DNA of 64,000 nt from Trichosphaerium sp. ATCC 40318. Its lineage: Eukaryota > Protista > Tubulinea. This document shows, one piece after another, positions 60,092 through 64,000 of this stretch (within the stretch, counting starts at the first letter, position 1; each line of letters begins with the position of its first letter). The position numbers and the translations under genes were made by a program. A model generated the notes under the pieces. The model searched no databases and was not told where the DNA came from. It saw only the letters and a program-made list of their open reading frames with translations. The stretch lies in NCBI GenBank assembly GCA_038496445.1, contig JALMLS010000210.1, forward strand, positions 1 through 64,000, written 5' to 3'.

Positions 60092-61744
60092 TTTACTGCT
60101 ATTTGTCAGATAAAAGATTAGTAAAGACTCCGCTTTAATAAAGCTAGTGGTTTTAAAACATATTTATTGTGCCTGTTTTGAAGAAACAACTGTAATTTCA
60201 TGAGGGCTAGAGTCAGTTGGTACTATTACTAAGCACAATGCTTTTCCTAATTGAACAAAGTTCTGTTGAGCGTCAAACAAACCGCTCGATAGGAAACTTG
60301 ACTTTGTTTTATTGGTCACATGTCACAGTAATGTTTAAGGGGGTGCTAAGTCATTACTCTACTCAAAACGCATGTCAGACACTCAGACTGCTTGTGGCAG
60401 TACCGCACATGCGTAGAGAATGTATTTATGGAATAAAGACCACTTTTTGGTACAAAAAAGCCTTAAACTTCCTCACCTGGTACCAAAGTATTCGAAACAG
60501 TAATTTAATGAAGTGGTACATGTTAAAAACATAGAAACAAGCGTGTTAAAAGAAACAATTTATGATTCGTTGAATTTTAGCAAACATAACGTACAAAGTA
60601 AACTTTACAAGGCAACAAAATTACAAGCATAGTTTTGATATGCTTTTCAAGAGTTTTCATTGACATTCTGAGTTGTACAACTACAAACTTAGCATTGTTC
60701 TGCTATATGGCTTAATAATACCATTCATACGTGTTGGTAGTACTATAAGTTCACTACCTGTGTGTTAACCGAATATTGTACAGAAAGTGTTAAAAATGGT
60801 ATGTAGCTCACTAACTAAACAAATAAATGCGTATGAGGGTCCTTGCAACAGAAATTGAAAGTTTTCATGTATTTCACAAACAGTACCTACGTTTTTCACA
60901 AACTAGTGCTTGGAATAACTCTAAATGCTTAAGTAGACACATATTAATACCATACCTAGCTTGTAGAAAAAAAAACCAAAAAGTGACAGTTTTTCAAAAA
61001 TTTGGCAGTTTTTATGATCTCCTGGAGTGTGAAGTTCACGAAAGTTCCCCAAAGCTAACCAAAACGCGTTGATAGGGTAGTGCCATGGCAGCCATACCCA
61101 TGTGCGCTTGGTAATTTCTGGTATTGGCGAGATCAGAAAAAAAAAAATTCATTTAACGAATCAGCGAACTGTTTACGCTATTTAACTAGCGCAGCCTGAA
61201 GCAATTTAAGTGCAAAGATCGATACCACAGGCACAAAGGGAGAGAGCTCAAAGTGAGAAATAACCGGGTACTTTTAGTCAACAGTTATTCAAAAACCGCT
61301 ATAAATACACTGAGTACCTATATGCAGAATTTGTGTGACCAGAAGTGTACAATCAATAGGATGATGTACAAAGGGAAAGGTCGATTGACGGAAACTGTGA
61401 TACCTGCTCACAGTTTCCTAGGCTAGGTGAAGGGGTTAAAAACAAGAATAAATAGAATAAATCACATGATACAAGCATCATATTCGCTGCCAATGGTGGT
61501 CTAGCAAAGTAAATATTTTAGGTACCTACAATAGGAATTACCAAGACCTATGTATAATGCACATGTATAAAGGTAGATTAACAAGTACGCTGCCAGTGGT
61601 CAAGAATATTCAATATTTTCCGCACCCTTAAATAAATGAAAAAAACAACTTGTTTAAATGATAAATGTCAAATCATTTCTGAAATATTGTTTCTTTTTAC
61701 AGTTGAACATGGCTCTATTCAATTCTTCAAACAGGGCAAGCTCT

Positions 61745-62794
61745 ATGACAGCGAAACGCAAAGTAAGAGTTCAAACTCGCCAAAATTAACTGTTTTAGCT
61801 AAATATCAGAGAACAAGAGCATAACCATCTATTAAACCTTCCTTTGGAGCTGCACCTTGATATTATAGATCTAGGGTTTGATATTTATCTAAAATGGCCT
61901 TTATTATCAAAGTACACAGCAACAACAACGAGATTTGACGCTGACTTACAAAAAAATGGTAAATGGTTGAAAAAAAAGTATGAAGCACGTGATCCAAATA
62001 CAACACAATTAGTATGTCAAGAGTATTGGTTAAGTGGTAAGCTCAATGGAGAACGTACCAACTGGAACGGTAGAATAATGCTTAACCAAGGTCATTACGT
62101 CAATAATGCACAGGAGGGGGAGTACAAGGAGTGGTATTCACACAATGGAAAATTAAAGAAAAAGTGTTTTTATACCAACGGTCATCTTGAAGGAGAGTTC
62201 AAAACGTGGTATGACAATGGCCAATTAAGCGAGCAGCATACTAGTGTAAATGGTAAACTAGAAGGAGAATACAAACAATGGCATCATTCAGGACAACTGA
62301 GCACACTATGTTATTTTGTTAATAATTTGTGCGAAGGAGAGCACACAATGTGGTATTATAGTGGTCAAGAACAGGCACTGGGCAAATTTCTAAAAGGCAA
62401 ACGTGTAGGAGAACATAACCATTGGCATTCTAATGGTCAATTGAAAACTAAAGAAACGTTTGTTAATGGAGTTCATGAAGGATCATACACAAGCTGGCTT
62501 GATAATGGAAATATGGAAAGACAGTGCAAATACGTAAAGGGTCATGTTGAAGGAGAAGAGAAGACATGGTATATGAACGGTAACTTAAGGAGTGTTAATC
62601 ACTTCGTACATGGTAGAAAAGTAGGAGAGAGCCAAGAATGGTATGAGAACGGTGTATTAGAGAAACAATATCACAGCGTCAACGGTAAATTGGACGGAGA
62701 GTTCAAGACGTGGTACAGAGATGGCATTTTGGCGACTCATACTGTTTATGCAAATGGTACAGACATTGGACATAAGCAAGGCATATTAAACTAA
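61745..62794 (+). CDS. F-box-like + MORN2 repeat protein, copy 3
   Basis: First exon MTAKRK (alternative in-frame ATG at 61709), a 36-nt intron, an N-terminus nearly identical to copy 2 ('HLLNLPLELHLDIIDLG...KNGKW'), then about 11 MORN2 repeats. Confidence 0.88.
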
Positions 62795-63179
62795 CTCACG
62801 CTAGCTCATCTTTCTAAACTGTTAAAGCTCTAAATTAGTATGTACATTTAGAAGCAAAGACAGATTTGGTAAATCATTGTAACTCACATGCTACAATAGA
62901 ATTGTTAGTTTGATATTTCTTACTGTTGTCACAGAGAAAATAAGTTTGTGCGTGGATATTTTCTTATGTTCACATTAGTGGCTTTGTAAGGCAATATAGG
63001 GTCATCTGGATTGCCTTAGTCAATAAAGTGTTCAACTACCATTTGAACTTATCAAGAGAATAGCTAACACTCAACTAATTGTTGTCTTATAGTAGTCAAA
63101 TTGGGAAGTGTGTAATAACAATAGGCAGTTTTATGTACAGCTGGTAAGTTATTTTACTTTGGTTTTGTAAGCAACTTAA

Positions 63180-64000
63180 TTACACTTTATCAGAATAGTT
63201 ATCGTACGTTGTATTTATCTCCTTCTTTAGCTCTTTATTCGGTCTTCCAAGTATAAATAGAATAATACCTGTAGGTAATATCTCCAGAAAGTAAAAATAT
63301 ATAAATGCACCAACTGAGTTTGATAAAGGGTTTGTAGTAAAGTATCTATCAATAACAACATTAAGTGATCGTCCAACAAACAACACTGTGAATATAATTG
63401 CCAATGTTGTCATCTAGAGTATGTCAAAATATCAATTAAAACAAAATAAGCAAGAAAAGAGAAAAGCTGTTAGAGAGGTTTGAACTAGAACCATCTGACA
63501 CAATGAGCAACAGCTGAAAAAGTAGCTTTTTTTGAATATTTAAGCTATTGTTGTTGCAAAGATCTCGGTTTAGCTGCGTACCTTTCTTGAAATAGCAGTT
63601 GTTGATACAGTCCTTACTTTCTTGTGTAGTTTGATATACAGTAATGTTCCAACTACTCCAAATACAATAGCAGTAAACAGATTTAATAATGACGTAAAGC
63701 CTTCCTAAAATTTTACTAATAAGTGTAATTGAGATCACGTGATTCTTCTTTCGTACCTCTATATTCTTTAACAACAATAACGTCTTTATACTTGTTACTT
63801 TAAGAAGAATAACAGCAACCAATGCTCCCCATATAGTGTACATGATGTAGTTAACGAGAATGTAATAAAACCTCAGATCAGATATAAACTGTTTCCCATT
63901 CCTCAGTGGACAAGCGTAAACCATTATCCAACAAAACTGTTAGCAACTTTTTTTTTTTTTGAACTTACCAAAAGAGCACCAATAAAACCTAGAAAATATG
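63180..64000 (-). CDS. Multipass membrane protein (THH1/TOM1/GPR137-like), 3' part; runs off the window
   Basis: Successive hydrophobic exons ending in 'MTTLAIIFTVLFVGRS...FIYFYFLEILPTGIILFIL'; the ExxP in the last TM is typical of this family. Confidence 0.6.

Noticed and set aside
60100-61700. 1.6-kb gene-free interval with short ORFs
   Set aside because: No coherent exon chain, repeats or RNA-gene signatures seen.
10634-63743. Repeated palindromic ATCACGTGAT (E-box/CLEAR-like) at 10634, 21994, 26668, 47866, 50300, 63734
   Set aside because: It also occurs in introns and downstream of genes, two copies derive from one duplication, and ACGT is generally abundant here; cannot be called a promoter element without statistics.

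Overview
AT-rich, gene-dense eukaryotic genomic DNA with many short spliceosomal introns (dominant donor GTACGT/GTAAGT; standard code). Gene content suggests a free-living protist, most like an amoebozoan (inference only). About 20 multi-exon genes can be reconstructed by hand: a Patched/NPC1-family protein, a SelU/PRXL2-like redoxin, a tandem-SH2 protein, three F-box-like/MORN2-repeat paralogues, a DNRLRE-domain heme peroxidase, a Tudor/PHD-like protein, two G-gamma-like/F-box/degenerate G-alpha fusion paralogues, two beta-helix proteins, a neutral ceramidase-like enzyme, ClpB/Hsp101, an IPT-ankyrin transcription factor, GH105, GET3, a lectin-less ppGalNAc-transferase, a GPI-type surface protein, a BTB pseudogene, a TRIP12/UPL3-like HECT ligase and a partial multipass membrane protein. 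Most notable: (1) the duplicated Ggamma-F-box-pseudo-Galpha chimera; (2) a selenoprotein with in-frame UGA in a UxxT motif plus a non-canonical SECIS-like hairpin; (3) a non-coding island at 14.7-17.4 kb with a long foldback and three tandem structured, pseudoknot-capable units; (4) recurrent GC-AG introns with a GCACGT donor. Exon structures and family calls are manual and motif-based; no searches were run.
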